A stretch of DNA of 64,000 nucleotides from Chloroflexota bacterium (GTDB lineage: Bacteria; Chloroflexota; Dehalococcoidia; Lucifugimonadales; UBA3495), in NCBI GenBank assembly GCA_028875055.1, contig JAPPGG010000043.1, forward strand, positions 65,272 to 129,271. The letters run 5' to 3'. Positions 1 to 9,119 of this stretch are shown here, one piece after another (the first letter of the stretch is position 1; each line of letters opens with the position of its first letter). The notes under the pieces are model-generated. The model was not told the origin of the DNA. It made no database searches and worked only from the letters and a program-made list of their open reading frames with translations. The position numbers were made by a program, and so were the translations under genes.

Positions 1-370
1 CCTCGCCGGACTTGGTGACGGAGGCATAGGTGCGAACGGGGGAGAAGTTGGGCTTGACCGAGTACTGGGAGAGGGCCGGTCCGCCGGGCAGGTAAAGAAT
101 GGGCACATTGTCGCTGTAGGCCTGGGCCAACCCGCCCATGGAGTTTTCGGAACCGGGGCCGCCCTGGGTGATGGTGACGCCGAATTTCTGACGGCCGTTG
201 AGGCGGCTGTAGCCGTCGGCTGCCATGAGGGCGCCCCGCTCCTGGCGGAACATAATGGTGCGGATGCCTTCCTGGGCGACGTGCTCGATAAGCTGGTTGG
301 ATGGGAAGCAGGAGACCCACTCCACTCCTTCCAGTTTCAGGATTCGGGCCACGGCCTGCATAACATTCAT
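1..370 (-). CDS. Thiamine-diphosphate-dependent enzyme (acetolactate-synthase-like), N-terminal domain only; gene continues past the window edge
   Basis: Own translation from ATG at 370: MNVMQAVARILKLEGVEWVSCFPSNQLIEHVAQEGIRTIMFRQERGALMAADGYSRLNGRQKFGVTITQGGPGSENSMGGLAQAYSDNVPILYLPG... The E.GA.MAADGY and GPG..N motifs are those of the TPP_enzyme_N fold. GGAGG lies 8 nt upstream. Absent from the ORF track because it runs off the window. Confidence 0.75.
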   Translation of the reverse strand, partial: MNVMQAVARILKLEGVEWVSCFPSNQLIEHVAQEGIRTIMFRQERGALMAADGYSRLNGRQKFGVTITQGGPGSENSMGGLAQAYSDNVPILYLPGGPALSQYSVKPNFSPVRTYASVTKSGE

Positions 371-1307
371 GCTGGTAAGTCCTCCATAGCTACAATTTTC
401 GTTTTTCCAGTTCCGTTTTTCTGGCCGAAGGTGATTTTAACACAGGGTCGGGCTGCCGTTCCGGCGGGGGATTTTCCACGAGGGTCACTAAGGGGCCCGA
501 AGAGGGATGAGCCCCTGCCCCCGACTCTTCGGCCGGTGAGGAGAGAAAAACACTTTTTTGCGCCGTCTGATCTCATTTGCCTCATTTTGTATGGGGGACC
601 CTCGCGCCGGGGACAGACGTTCTCAAGTTGGACAAAGGGAGAAATGGGACCAATCCGGCCTCTGACGCTGTTTTTTTGGTCCTTTCCTGGTTGCCTTCAG
701 GAAGGGGCCGTCATCCCCGGCCCTCACCCGCCGGGAGCGGGAGAAAAACGGTTTATGGCGCCATTTGCGTTCAATTCCGGGCGGTCCGTATTTGGGGCCG
801 GTCGTCCTAACCATGCGGGTGAGCGGCGATGGCATTGTTTTGGGCTCCGCCTCTGAATACGGAGTGGCGGGGTGAAGCTACCCCGGGTGCGATGTTGAGC
901 GCTTTCCGGCGGGGGTAATCCCGGCGCTTCAGTGTGGGACTCGTCACCTTGTTCAGAATGGCCGGATGACGGGGGTTGACGGGTCTCATCCCTGGCTCCG
1001 GTTATTTTCTCTAGATGGTAGGGGTGGGTCATCCAGGGTGGGAAGGGCCTGGTGTCAGTGGAGCAGAGAGTTGATCCACGAAAGGAACGAAGGGCGCGAA
1101 GGCGATCAAGGGCAGATGGCCACCAGTCAACTATCTCAAGACTGGCAAGTTTCAAATCAGCGGGTTGACCCGGCAATCCCTTCAACCTCCGCCACAGCAG
1201 GTCAGCAGAATTGTAATGAAGAGCGGGCCGGTCGTATCGCCGTAGGCTGGTTCAAGGGGGAAGTACAGGGTGGATGGCTAGTGGGGAAACCGATCAGGAC
1301 CGATGTG

Positions 1308-1578
1308 TCAGTCCCGTAGCGCAGGGTCATAGGTCCCTTCCCGGAATGCCCCGGCGTCGAAGACCGGGTGGTCCGGAGGTACCCGGTCTTTCAAGGCAGC
1401 CAGGCGGGCTTCGTCTATGCGCCTGGGTCTGACGAGAAAGCCCCCCGGAGCCTCCGATATCTCCAGGTAATCGCCGGGTTTGGCACCCATGGCGTCCAGA
1501 ACGTGAGCCGGAAGAGTTTACCTGCCTTTTCGATGTAATCTTGACAAGCACAGCTTCCTCCTTAACCAACATGGTCAT
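1308..1578 (-). pseudogene. SpoVT/AbrB-type antitoxin-like gene split by a +1 frameshift
   Basis: ORF 1327..1578 begins MTMLVKEEAVLVKITSKRQV and then goes out of frame. ORF 1308..1490 continues (TLPAHVLDA)MGAKPGDYLEISEAPGGFLVRP. Joined, they give the AbrB looped-hinge motif K.TSK.QVTLP..V.D.MG.KPGD.L. Removing one A from the AAA run (TTT at 1517-1519 on the + strand) restores the frame. Confidence 0.7.
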
Positions 1579-1785
1579 CTTGGTAAGGGCAAGTTGTCAA
1601 TGGGCCCAGCACAAGACCAGGGTCTTTCGAGCATTGCGTATTGCGGGCGCCTTGTCCCGCTTTAATTGGCGGGGCGAATTCCGCATCGGGCCGAGCGGCC
1701 GCCCTGGTATATTTCACCCCAATGCTGGCTCAACCCCCACCAAGATGGCCCTCCTCCCTGGTTAGGGAGGAGGCACTGATGATTT

Positions 1786-3765
1786 TCAGGCGTGGCAGGC
1801 GCCGTTGTGGTGGGCGGAGGGAGGCACGTCGAGGACCGGATTGGTGTCGAAGAACCCCACGGGCTTGAGGCTGAAGCCGCAATAGGCCACCGGGGAGATG
1901 GGCCAGTCCTCGGGCCGGGGCACGTGGTGGTAGCCCAGGGTGTACCACAGCACCAGGTCGGTATTCTCCACATTACGGTCATTCCTGGTGTACTCGGGCA
2001 GGCCCGCGCCCCCGGGGTGCTGGTTGGGGTAGGGGCCCGTGGCGGACAGTTCGCCGGGGGCGTAGGGGGTAACCCACAGGTGCTTGCTCATGAATCCGGC
2101 CCGCTTCATGATGCTGGCGCTGGGGTGGGCAAAGGGCAGGATGTTCTCGCCGGGCATCAGCTTGTAGCCCACGGGCTGGCCCAGGGCGTTCCTGACCTGG
2201 GGGTTGGTAACCACCCAGTAACGGCCGCTCATGGGGTCCACCACCCGCCGGGCCTCCAGTTCCGACTTCAGGGGCGTTGCCTCGGCATGGAAGGCGTTGG
2301 CGTGGGGGTTATCGGGCCCCAGGGGGTCGGCCACCGTGTTGACCTCGAGGACGGTATTGGCCTGGCCGTCCACGTCCAAATCCAGCCGGAAGTTGAAGAA
2401 GTGCTGGTGGATGTGGGCGTTGAGCAGGGGGGCCACCAGGGTGCCGTGCCGGGGAGTTTCCCCCTCGGCTATGCCGGCGGTGTTGATGATGCCGGTGAGC
2501 TTTATTTCCAGCTGGATGCCGCCGTCCTGGTAGAGATACCAGAAGAAGCCATACTCGTAGTTGCCCACCGTGGCTACGCTGGAAATGACCAGCCGTCGGG
2601 AGCGGCGGACCTCCACCTGGCCGGTGCGCCAGTCGGTGTGCTTCCAGAGGATGCCGTAGTCTTCCTCGTGCATGCACACAGCGTTGGGGATGGTGAAGGC
2701 GTCGCCGCTGCCGGTGTTGAGGTGGGCGTCGAAGTAGCGGATCTCGCCCAGGCAGTCGCAGCCCAGGGTCAGGGAGTTGGTCAGGGATCCGATGCCGTAC
2801 TCCCCGGCGTCAAAGGCGTTCTTCCGGTAGTGGTCCGTGCCGGGGTCGCCGTAGGGGACTACCATGTCGGACAGGGCGGCGCGGTGCAGGATGGGGCGGA
2901 TGCGGCCCTGGTCTTCGTAGCCAACCTGGTGGAGGACCAGGCCCTCCCTGGGGGTGAACCCCACGCGCAGGTGCCACTTCTGCCAGGTTACGCCGTGGCC
3001 GTCGATGGTAAAGCTGGGGCCCTCGGGCTGGGTGATTTCCAGGGGCTTCAGGTCCTGGCGGAACCCGTCAACGAACTCGGCGGCGTAGTTGCCCGGATTG
3101 GGGGGAAGGGGAATGACGCCGTAATCGTCAATACGCATGATTTCCATCTTGTTCAGGTCCACCAGCGCGCTGAGGCCCTCGATGGGCCGGGCGTAACCGT
3201 TGTCGGTGGGACTGGAGCGGAGGAAATTGCGGGCCAGTGCCAGGCGGCGGCCCTCTTCGTCCTCGTAGCCGTAGTAACCGGCGGACCAGGGGTCAACCAT
3301 GACCAGGTCGGGGTCGGTGATGCCGCGTTTGCGGAGGGCAGCCTGGAACCGGGGGTCGGCCCGGACCGTAGCCTCGCATTCGGCAAACTCGTCGAACATG
3401 ATCCGGGGCTGCACTCCGGGGACGTGCTTCCAGGAATTTACCTTCGCTTCGTTGAGGGAGATGACAGCCTCCCAGGTGGAGGCGTCCTCATTGTCCAGGA
3501 TGACCAGGAAGGCTTCACGGAGCAGGGGGTCGCCGGAGGAAAATCCGGCCACGACGGCCTTGTCCGGCTCGTTGAGGACGATGGTCTCGAAGCGCACCCG
3601 GGGGCCAAGCTGGCGTTGCTCCCTGAGAATGCTGGCGGCGAGGACTATTTCTTCGGACGTGAGAGGGTCCAGGGGGTGGTTTACCTGCTGGTCCATGTAT
3701 GAGACGCTGCTGTGCTCGACGGGAATGGCCATGACGACCTCCTCCAGGCGACGCTGGGTGGACAT
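1786..3765 (-). CDS. Copper-containing primary amine oxidase (topaquinone enzyme)
   Basis: 659-aa ORF. TPQ precursor motif TVGNYEYGFFWY, Cu-ligand histidines (HIHQHFF, HHVPRPEDWP), full-length architecture. Alternative start at 3732 (MAIPVEH). Confidence 0.93.
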   Translation of the reverse strand: MSTQRRLEEVVMAIPVEHSSVSYMDQQVNHPLDPLTSEEIVLAASILREQRQLGPRVRFETIVLNEPDKAVVAGFSSGDPLLREAFLVILDNEDASTWEAVISLNEAKVNSWKHVPGVQPRIMFDEFAECEATVRADPRFQAALRKRGITDPDLVMVDPWSAGYYGYEDEEGRRLALARNFLRSSPTDNGYARPIEGLSALVDLNKMEIMRIDDYGVIPLPPNPGNYAAEFVDGFRQDLKPLEITQPEGPSFTIDGHGVTWQKWHLRVGFTPREGLVLHQVGYEDQGRIRPILHRAALSDMVVPYGDPGTDHYRKNAFDAGEYGIGSLTNSLTLGCDCLGEIRYFDAHLNTGSGDAFTIPNAVCMHEEDYGILWKHTDWRTGQVEVRRSRRLVISSVATVGNYEYGFFWYLYQDGGIQLEIKLTGIINTAGIAEGETPRHGTLVAPLLNAHIHQHFFNFRLDLDVDGQANTVLEVNTVADPLGPDNPHANAFHAEATPLKSELEARRVVDPMSGRYWVVTNPQVRNALGQPVGYKLMPGENILPFAHPSASIMKRAGFMSKHLWVTPYAPGELSATGPYPNQHPGGAGLPEYTRNDRNVENTDLVLWYTLGYHHVPRPEDWPISPVAYCGFSLKPVGFFDTNPVLDVPPSAHHNGACHA

Positions 3766-3801
3766 TGTGCTGCGAGGTATCCGACGATGTTATTGCAAAG
3801 G

Positions 3802-3830
3802 ACGTTAGCACCGCCACGGGCGATGGTCAA
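3802..3830 (-). promoter_or_regulatory. Predicted sigma-70-like promoter of the amine oxidase gene
   Basis: On the minus strand: TTGACC (3830..3825), 17-nt spacer, TAACGT (3807..3802), about 35-70 nt upstream of the candidate start codons. The -35 is supplied by the last unit of the 10-bp repeat array. Confidence 0.4.
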
Positions 3831-3885
3831 CAAGGGTCAACAAGGGTCAACAAGCGTCAACAAGGGTCAACAAGCGTCAACAAGG
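3826..3885. repeat. Six head-to-tail 10-bp repeats GTCAACAAG(G/C)
   Basis: Read directly: gtcaacaagg gtcaacaagg gtcaacaagc gtcaacaagg gtcaacaagc gtcaacaagg. On the gene strand each unit reads CCTTGTTGAC and so contains a TTGAC -35-like core. The period is one helical turn. Confidence 0.95.
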
Positions 3886-3896
3886 GTGGTTGGGGC

Positions 3897-4073
3897 GTAA
3901 CAATTCAGAGTTGAGGGAATTGCCTGCCCATACACCCGTCATACCCCCGACTTCTTAAGGGCGCATGGCCATGCGCCCCTACCCAACCGACGACTGGCAC
4001 AGGTTCCAGGTTCCCGCCGGCGCGGGAACGACGGGTTATCCAATCTTGTAACACACCGAGTCTGAACAGTTAC
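3897..4073. repeat. MITE-like intergenic repeat, family B (about 178 bp), inverted copy
   Basis: Terminal inverted repeats GTAACAATTCAGAGTTG (3897-3913) and GAGTCTGAACAGTTAC (4058-4073). The internal hairpin ggttcccgccggcgcgggaac and the tail match copies at 27135 and 62102 when reverse-complemented. Confidence 0.7.
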
Positions 4074-4168
4074 GTTGGGTTGGCGGCGTTCCAGACCGGA
4101 CAGTTTCGGCGTTGTAGCAGGGCAGGCGCCCGGGTCCGCGCTCGCAAGCCAGCGGGAGGGGACCAGGG

Positions 4169-5959
4169 CTAGAGGGTGGCCCAGGGACGGGAGCGGGCCA
4201 TAACCCGAACCTCCCGGGGCGTGGTTATGGGGGCGAGGCAGCGGTCGCCCATGCAGGCGTACAGGGCCGCCTCCCCGCGCGGCGGAAAGCCCAGGTCGCG
4301 AATCATATCTATGTCCCGGTTAATGTCGAGGGGCAGGACTACCCGGTGGGGGGCGTATATACGCTGGGCAGCGCGGTGGAGGCGCCGGTACTGGCCGGTG
4401 GAGGGATCGCCCACCAGGACCAGGCGGACCGGCCCGCTGGTCTGCATGTCCCTGGCCCGGCCCCAGGCGGAACCTGCGGGGAGGAAGAGGGCCTCTTCGT
4501 CCTCCTCCATGCGGCGGGAGGCGTGGCTGCCCAGGTAGCTGCGCCCGGGGATAACCGCCTCGAAGACCGCCAGGGCAGCAGCAGCCAGGCGACCGTATTC
4601 ACTGTCCCCGGTAAGCAGTTCGAGGGCCAGCAGGGCCTCGGCCCAGTGGCCGTTGTCGAGAACGGGTTGCTCGCGGGGCAGAAAGGCCGCCTCAAAGGAA
4701 CGGGGCGCTACCGTGTCGTAGCAGCCGCCCTCGGAGGAGCCAAAGAGGCGCTGGGTGGCGGCGGCGACTTCCACCGCCCTGGCCAGGCGTACCGGGTCGC
4801 CCGTGGCCTGGTAAGAGGCCAGCCAGGCGCGAAGGAAGCTGACCTGGTCTGCCAGCGCGGGCGGGGCGTTTCCGGCTTGGCCAGCGACATGGGCCAGTCC
4901 GCCGGCGGGCGTCCAGCTTTCGCGCCAGAGCTTATCCAGGATGGCGTGGCCCATATCCCGGTATCGGGCAATGCCCAGCGCGCCGGAGGCGTAGAAAAGG
5001 GTATGGGCGGTGAGGGCGTTCCAGCCGGCGTAGAAGGTATGATCAATGGGCGGAAGGTGCGAGGCTTCGCGGTCCTTCCAGGACATCCGGTAATAGGGTT
5101 CGTCGGCGTCCTGGCTGGCGAAGCAGAGCCCCTGTTCAGAAGAATGCAGGGTGTTCAGCAGGTAATTGAGGACACCGTCCGTAGCCTCGCGGCAAAACCT
5201 TTTGCCGGTAACCTGGTAAGCCTCCAGGAAGGCTATGGCCAGGCTGGCGTTGCCGACAAGCATTTTTTCGTAGTGGGGCGTCTTCCAGTCACGGCTGACC
5301 GAGTAGCGGAAGAAGCCCTGGTCCTTGCGGTCGTAGATGCCGTGCCACATGCCCTGGAGGGTGCGCTCCACCATGGCGAGGGCCGCGCGGTCGCCGGAAA
5401 GGGAGAAGCGGGCCAGCAAAAACCGAAGGGCTTCCCACGGCGGTTGCTTGGGCTCGAAGCCGAAGCCGCCGAATTCCTCGTCGTACAGTTCGGCCAGGCG
5501 GTCAAGCACGCTGCCGGTTGAGGGGTTGCCGGCGAGACGTCCCTGCGGCGGCGAGGCGGCAGGACGGGTTTCGGCGGAGGGGATTTCACCGGCGGAGACC
5601 TGCTGCAGGAGGGCGACCATTTCGTCGGGCGGCGTGTAGGGGCGGCCGGCCAGGAACCGGCCATCGCCGGCCAGGAAGGCCACCGAGGGGAACCCGCCCT
5701 GGTTGTAGCGGAGGGAGATGTCGGGACGCTGGTCCACGTCCACGCGCACGGGGATGAAACGGGAGTTGACCAGCGAAATTACCCGCTGGTCGGAGTAGGC
5801 CAGGTCGTCCATTACGTGGCACCAGTGACACCAGGTGGCGCCCAGGGTCAGGAGCACGGGCTTGCCCTCGTCCCTGGCCGCGGCAAAGGCTGATTCGTCC
5901 CAGTCCCTCCAGGCAATGGCGTCCCCGCCCGCGTGCTGGCTCATGTGCGCGTCTCCCAC
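4169..5959 (-). CDS. DUF255 thioredoxin-domain protein (YyaL/SPATA20-like, thioredoxin fold plus alpha/alpha-toroid)
   Basis: N-terminus WRDWDESAFAAARDEGKPVLLTLGATWCHWCHVMD... is typical of DUF255. Long helical-repeat C-terminal part. Alternative start at 5944 (MSQHAGG). Confidence 0.85.
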   Translation of the reverse strand: MGDAHMSQHAGGDAIAWRDWDESAFAAARDEGKPVLLTLGATWCHWCHVMDDLAYSDQRVISLVNSRFIPVRVDVDQRPDISLRYNQGGFPSVAFLAGDGRFLAGRPYTPPDEMVALLQQVSAGEIPSAETRPAASPPQGRLAGNPSTGSVLDRLAELYDEEFGGFGFEPKQPPWEALRFLLARFSLSGDRAALAMVERTLQGMWHGIYDRKDQGFFRYSVSRDWKTPHYEKMLVGNASLAIAFLEAYQVTGKRFCREATDGVLNYLLNTLHSSEQGLCFASQDADEPYYRMSWKDREASHLPPIDHTFYAGWNALTAHTLFYASGALGIARYRDMGHAILDKLWRESWTPAGGLAHVAGQAGNAPPALADQVSFLRAWLASYQATGDPVRLARAVEVAAATQRLFGSSEGGCYDTVAPRSFEAAFLPREQPVLDNGHWAEALLALELLTGDSEYGRLAAAALAVFEAVIPGRSYLGSHASRRMEEDEEALFLPAGSAWGRARDMQTSGPVRLVLVGDPSTGQYRRLHRAAQRIYAPHRVVLPLDINRDIDMIRDLGFPPRGEAALYACMGDRCLAPITTPREVRVMARSRPWATL

Positions 5960-6044
5960 ATTTTCTGCTATGGACTGGTTTGCCGTCTCTGTGTTCAGGG
6001 GCGCCAGGCGGACCAGGGAGAATCGTCAAATTGGCCCGTCATTC

Positions 6045-6136
6045 CTGCAAGAGGAGAATTCCTGGCTATAGCCGGTGAGGTTCCCGCCTTCGCGGGAACG
6101 ACGGTTAAGCCCCAACCCATCAATGCAATTCTGTCC
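6045..6136. repeat. Truncated family-B repeat copy
   Basis: Contains the ggttcccgccttcgcgggaacgacggtta hairpin and flanks similar to 3897-4073 but lacks the central part. Boundaries are approximate. Confidence 0.45.
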
Positions 6137-6141
6137 GATCA

Positions 6142-7257
6142 CTATAGGGCCTGGGCCAGGTCTTCCATGAGGTCGTCGATGTTTTCCAGGCCGACGGACA
6201 CCCGCAGCAAATTGTCCGGCGTAGCGCTGTCGGAGCCCTCGGTGGAGGCGCGGTGTTCGATGAGGCTCTGGGTGCCGCCCAGGCTGGTGGCGCGTACGAA
6301 TACGTTCACGCCCGCGGCTACACCGAAGGCCGCCTCGATTCCTCCCCTGACCTGGAAGGATAGCATTCCGCCGTAGGCCGACATCTGGGCGCTGGCAATG
6401 GCGTGGCCGGGATGGTCGGGCAGGCCGGGGTAGTGGACCGTTTCAACCCGGGGCTGGTCCTTGAGGAAGCGGGCTATCTGCAGGGCCCGTTCGCTGTGGG
6501 CGGGCATGCGAAGGGCGAGGGTGCGGATGCCCCGCATTACCAGCCAGCAGTCAAAGGGCGATGGCACCGCTCCGTACCGGCTCTGGATGGCCCGGATTCT
6601 CCGGAGAAAGTCAGAGTCCTGGCGGCCGACGACCACACCGCCGAGGACGTCCTCGTGCCCGCCCAGGTACTTGGTGGTGGAGTGGACCACTAGGTCCGCG
6701 CCCAGGGCCAGGGGCTGCTGGAGTATGGGGCTGGCCCAGGTGTTGTCGCTGACGCACAGGGCGCCGGCGTCGTGGGCGATGGCCGCAATTCCGGCCAGGT
6801 CGGTAATTTTCAGGACGGGGTTGGAGGGCGTTTCGGTCCAGATGATGCGGGTGCTGGGGAGAAGGGCGCGACTTACCTGCTCGGGGTCGGTCATATCCAC
6901 CGTCGTGGCTTTCAGTCCCCAGTCGGAAAAGACATCCCGGACGACCTGGGAGGTGCCGTGGTAGCAGTCGCTGGGGAGCAGGATATGGTCGCCCGGGGAA
7001 AGGGCCTGGAAGACGGAGGATATGGCCGCCATGCCCGATGAGAAGGCCACGGCGGAGTGTCCCCCTTCCAGGAGGGCCATGCACTCTTCCAGGGATTGGC
7101 GGTTGGGGTTGTTGGAACGGGAGTAAACGAAGCCGCGCCCGTACTGGCCGTCGGCGTCCCGCTCGTAGGTGGTTGACAGGTAGATGGGCGGGGCCACGGC
7201 GCCGGTGGCGGAATCAATCTTGTGGGCGGCCTGAGCGGCAATTGTTTCAATGTTCAT
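6142..7257 (-). CDS. Cys/Met-metabolism PLP-dependent enzyme (cystathionine gamma-synthase / gamma- or beta-lyase family)
   Basis: APPIYLSTTYE, SRSNNPNR and the PLP-lysine motif HSTTKYLGGHEDVLGG. Start set at ATG 7257 (MNIETIAAQ), preceded by GGAGAAGG. The Ser-rich 5' extension to 7374 in the ORF track looks non-coding. Confidence 0.88.
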   Translation of the reverse strand: MNIETIAAQAAHKIDSATGAVAPPIYLSTTYERDADGQYGRGFVYSRSNNPNRQSLEECMALLEGGHSAVAFSSGMAAISSVFQALSPGDHILLPSDCYHGTSQVVRDVFSDWGLKATTVDMTDPEQVSRALLPSTRIIWTETPSNPVLKITDLAGIAAIAHDAGALCVSDNTWASPILQQPLALGADLVVHSTTKYLGGHEDVLGGVVVGRQDSDFLRRIRAIQSRYGAVPSPFDCWLVMRGIRTLALRMPAHSERALQIARFLKDQPRVETVHYPGLPDHPGHAIASAQMSAYGGMLSFQVRGGIEAAFGVAAGVNVFVRATSLGGTQSLIEHRASTEGSDSATPDNLLRVSVGLENIDDLMEDLAQAL

Positions 7258-7542
7258 ACGCCTTCTCCCCGGGTCACTGGCGTGGTATGGAGGGCTGGTT
7301 GCGCTGGAACTGCTGCCGGAAATGCCGGAATAACCGGAGCTACTGGAGGAACTGCCGGTGGAATCGTACCACATTGCGGCTCAGGGGGCTGGCGGCGATG
7401 GCGCCTTGACTGTGAGCCAGGCCGAAGGTCACGGGATGACAGTCATTTAAGGTGAGATTGCCCTGCGCCAAATACGCGCATTCTTGACACTCCCCGGAGC
7501 CGGTTGTATCCTTTTGGCCGATAGTCAAAGGGAGGTTTTACC

Positions 7543-8001
7543 TTGTCCACCCCTGCCAATTTCCTTACCGAAGAGATGCGCCAGCAGGCGATTGGCGTGG
7601 AGAGTCCGCCGGTAACTTTTGAAGTGGAGAAGGGGCACATCCTCCGTTTTGCCGAAGCCATCGGCGATCCCAATCCCCAGTACACCGACGAGGCCGAAGC
7701 CCGTAGGGGCCGGAACGGGGGCCTGGTAGCGCCGCCGACTTTCCTGCGTTCCGTGCGGGGAGTTAACCTGGAGTTGCCCTTCGAGCTTTCCTTCAGCCGG
7801 AGGCTGGACGGCGGCAGCGACTGGGAATACTTCCATCCGGTGCGCCCGGGGGACCGCATCACCGCAGTGGCCCGCGTGGCCGAAATGACCGAGCGGTCCG
7901 GCCGGCTGGGCACGATGGTCTTTATGACGACCATTACTACCTACTCCAACCAGTTTGAAGAAGTGGTAGCCACCCAGACCAACACACTGATAGCATATTA
8001 G
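7543..8001 (+). CDS. MaoC/FAS1-like dehydratase, N-terminal-type hot-dog subunit
   Basis: 152 aa, TTG start after AAGGGAGG. F.EAIGDPNP.YTD motif. Paired with the following MaoC subunit as in HadAB-type or split hydratase-2 enzymes. Confidence 0.75.
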   Translation: MSTPANFLTEEMRQQAIGVESPPVTFEVEKGHILRFAEAIGDPNPQYTDEAEARRGRNGGLVAPPTFLRSVRGVNLELPFELSFSRRLDGGSDWEYFHPVRPGDRITAVARVAEMTERSGRLGTMVFMTTITTYSNQFEEVVATQTNTLIAY

Positions 8002-8087
8002 TCAGCACGGCGTTCCTGTGCGTTTCCCCCGAGGGAAGTCGCTTCACCTTAGAGGCGCAAAGGGCGCCAGATTCGCAGAGGTTCGCA

Positions 8088-8522
8088 ATGGCCGACCAGG
8101 TTTACTGGGAAGACGTAACCGAGGGCATGGAGTTGCCCTCGATAGTCAAGGAGCCCACCACTCGCCAGCTGGTGCAGTACGCCGGCGCCTCCGGTGATTT
8201 CTACGAGATCCACTACGACAAGGACTTTGCCATCGGCAACCAGCTGGATGGGCCCATACTGCACGGCGCCCTGAAGAGCGCCTTCCTGGGGCAGCTGGTA
8301 ACCGACTGGATTGGCCCGCTGGGCACGTTGAAGCGCCTGCAGTGCCAGTACCGGGGCATGGACGCCCCGGGCAACCCCATTACGGCCAGGGGCACCGTCA
8401 CCCGCAAGTACGAGGAAGACGGCCTGCGCCTGGTGGACTGCGAAATTCGCCTGGAAAACGCCGAGGGGCAAAACACTACCCCCGGGTATGCCACGGTGAT
8501 TTTACCCAGCCGGAACGGGTAG
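8088..8522 (+). CDS. MaoC-family (R)-specific enoyl-CoA hydratase hot-dog subunit
   Basis: 144 aa. YAGASGDFYEIHYDKDFA hydratase-2 motif. Confidence 0.82.
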   Translation: MADQVYWEDVTEGMELPSIVKEPTTRQLVQYAGASGDFYEIHYDKDFAIGNQLDGPILHGALKSAFLGQLVTDWIGPLGTLKRLQCQYRGMDAPGNPITARGTVTRKYEEDGLRLVDCEIRLENAEGQNTTPGYATVILPSRNG

Positions 8523-8527
8523 CGGCT

Positions 8528-9070
8528 ATGAGCGTACCAGCGATACCGGCCCCGAGACCAGGTGGGCACACCCCTGAAGGCTACCTGCAGATGAGCAACC
8601 ATTACTTGGAGCAATCCAAGGTGGAGTTGCAGGCGGGCGACTTGGTTCAAGCGTCCGAAAAGCTCTCTGGTTCCGTAGCAACCGCATTGAAAGCTATAGC
8701 CCAGCAGAGGGAGTGGCGGCATGACAGTCATGCTCTGCGGCATGCAGTAGTCTCTCAGCTAGGAACAGAACTGGGACCGTCCACTCCATCGGCTCAAGCT
8801 TTGTACCAAGGCAGGGATGCAGGAGACATCCACCATGAGAGTTTTTTTGAAAACTTTCTTTACGAGGACGATGTTCTCTATGCAATTGAAGCCACTGAAT
8901 CTTTTGTGCGAACGATAGAACAACTTATGGACCTCCCACCCAGACCTTTCACGGTAGCCAGGCCTCTGGACAGCCACCGCATCGCCCAATTAACCGGCTA
9001 CGAACCCGACTTGGGCGCCACCGATGCCCTTGGATTCGCCAACTTTGCGGGTGAAGTTCGGGAAGGTTAG
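8528..9070 (+). CDS. Hypothetical all-alpha protein, PaREP1-like (tentative); paralogue of 10078..10443
   Basis: Start taken at ATG 8528, 6 nt after the MaoC stop. Shares QASEKLSGSVATALKAIA / H.LRHAV..L..ELG / F.ENF.YED with QGSEKLWGSASHAVMALA / H.LKRAV..L..ETG / FHANYYHGF in the paralogue. The family name is from memory only. Confidence 0.6.
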   Translation: MSVPAIPAPRPGGHTPEGYLQMSNHYLEQSKVELQAGDLVQASEKLSGSVATALKAIAQQREWRHDSHALRHAVVSQLGTELGPSTPSAQALYQGRDAGDIHHESFFENFLYEDDVLYAIEATESFVRTIEQLMDLPPRPFTVARPLDSHRIAQLTGYEPDLGATDALGFANFAGEVREG

Positions 9071-9119
9071 TCCTGCCCCAACCCTTAATCGTTAATCAAA
9101 ACCGAGGTTGAGAACACTT

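Noticed and set aside
724-1185. 153-aa ORF on the minus strand downstream of the AbrB-like gene, considered as a candidate toxin.
   Set aside because: No PIN/MazF/Doc motif was recognised and the composition is Pro/Arg/Ser-rich. It is more likely non-coding or a decayed remnant, as covered under the frameshift finding.
1750-1773. Perfect 10-bp hairpin CCTCCTCCCT-ggtt-AGGGAGGAGG just downstream of the amine oxidase stop, considered as a terminator.
   Set aside because: No U-tract follows it on the gene (minus) strand. It may still be a stabilising hairpin, but a terminator call is not supported.
1792-3702. Long antisense ORFs opposite real genes. Examples: 1792..3702 +, 4346..5521 +, 13859..14881 -, 17118..18233 +, 25923..27173 -, 33726..35387 -, 43709..45385 -, 53929..55791 +, 56347..58059 +, 35996..37189 +.
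   Set aside because: They are typical high-GC shadow ORFs. The translations are Gly/Ala/Arg/Pro/Val-rich with no motifs, while the opposite strand carries clear family signatures.
3826-3885. Possible CRISPR array. The same was considered for the Val/Glu repeat DNA at 39500-39725 and 41690-41880.
   Set aside because: The first is 10-bp units with no spacers. The other two are in-frame coding repeats. No cas genes are in the window.
7258-7374. Ser-rich N-terminal extension (MWYDSTGSSSSSSGYSGISGSSSS...) of the Cys/Met PLP enzyme ORF. I also checked for a possible SAM riboswitch upstream (7258-7540).
   Set aside because: The ATG at 7257 has a good Shine-Dalgarno sequence, and homologues start near MNIETI. 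I could not find S-box/SAM-II consensus elements by eye. An Infernal scan would be needed to exclude one.
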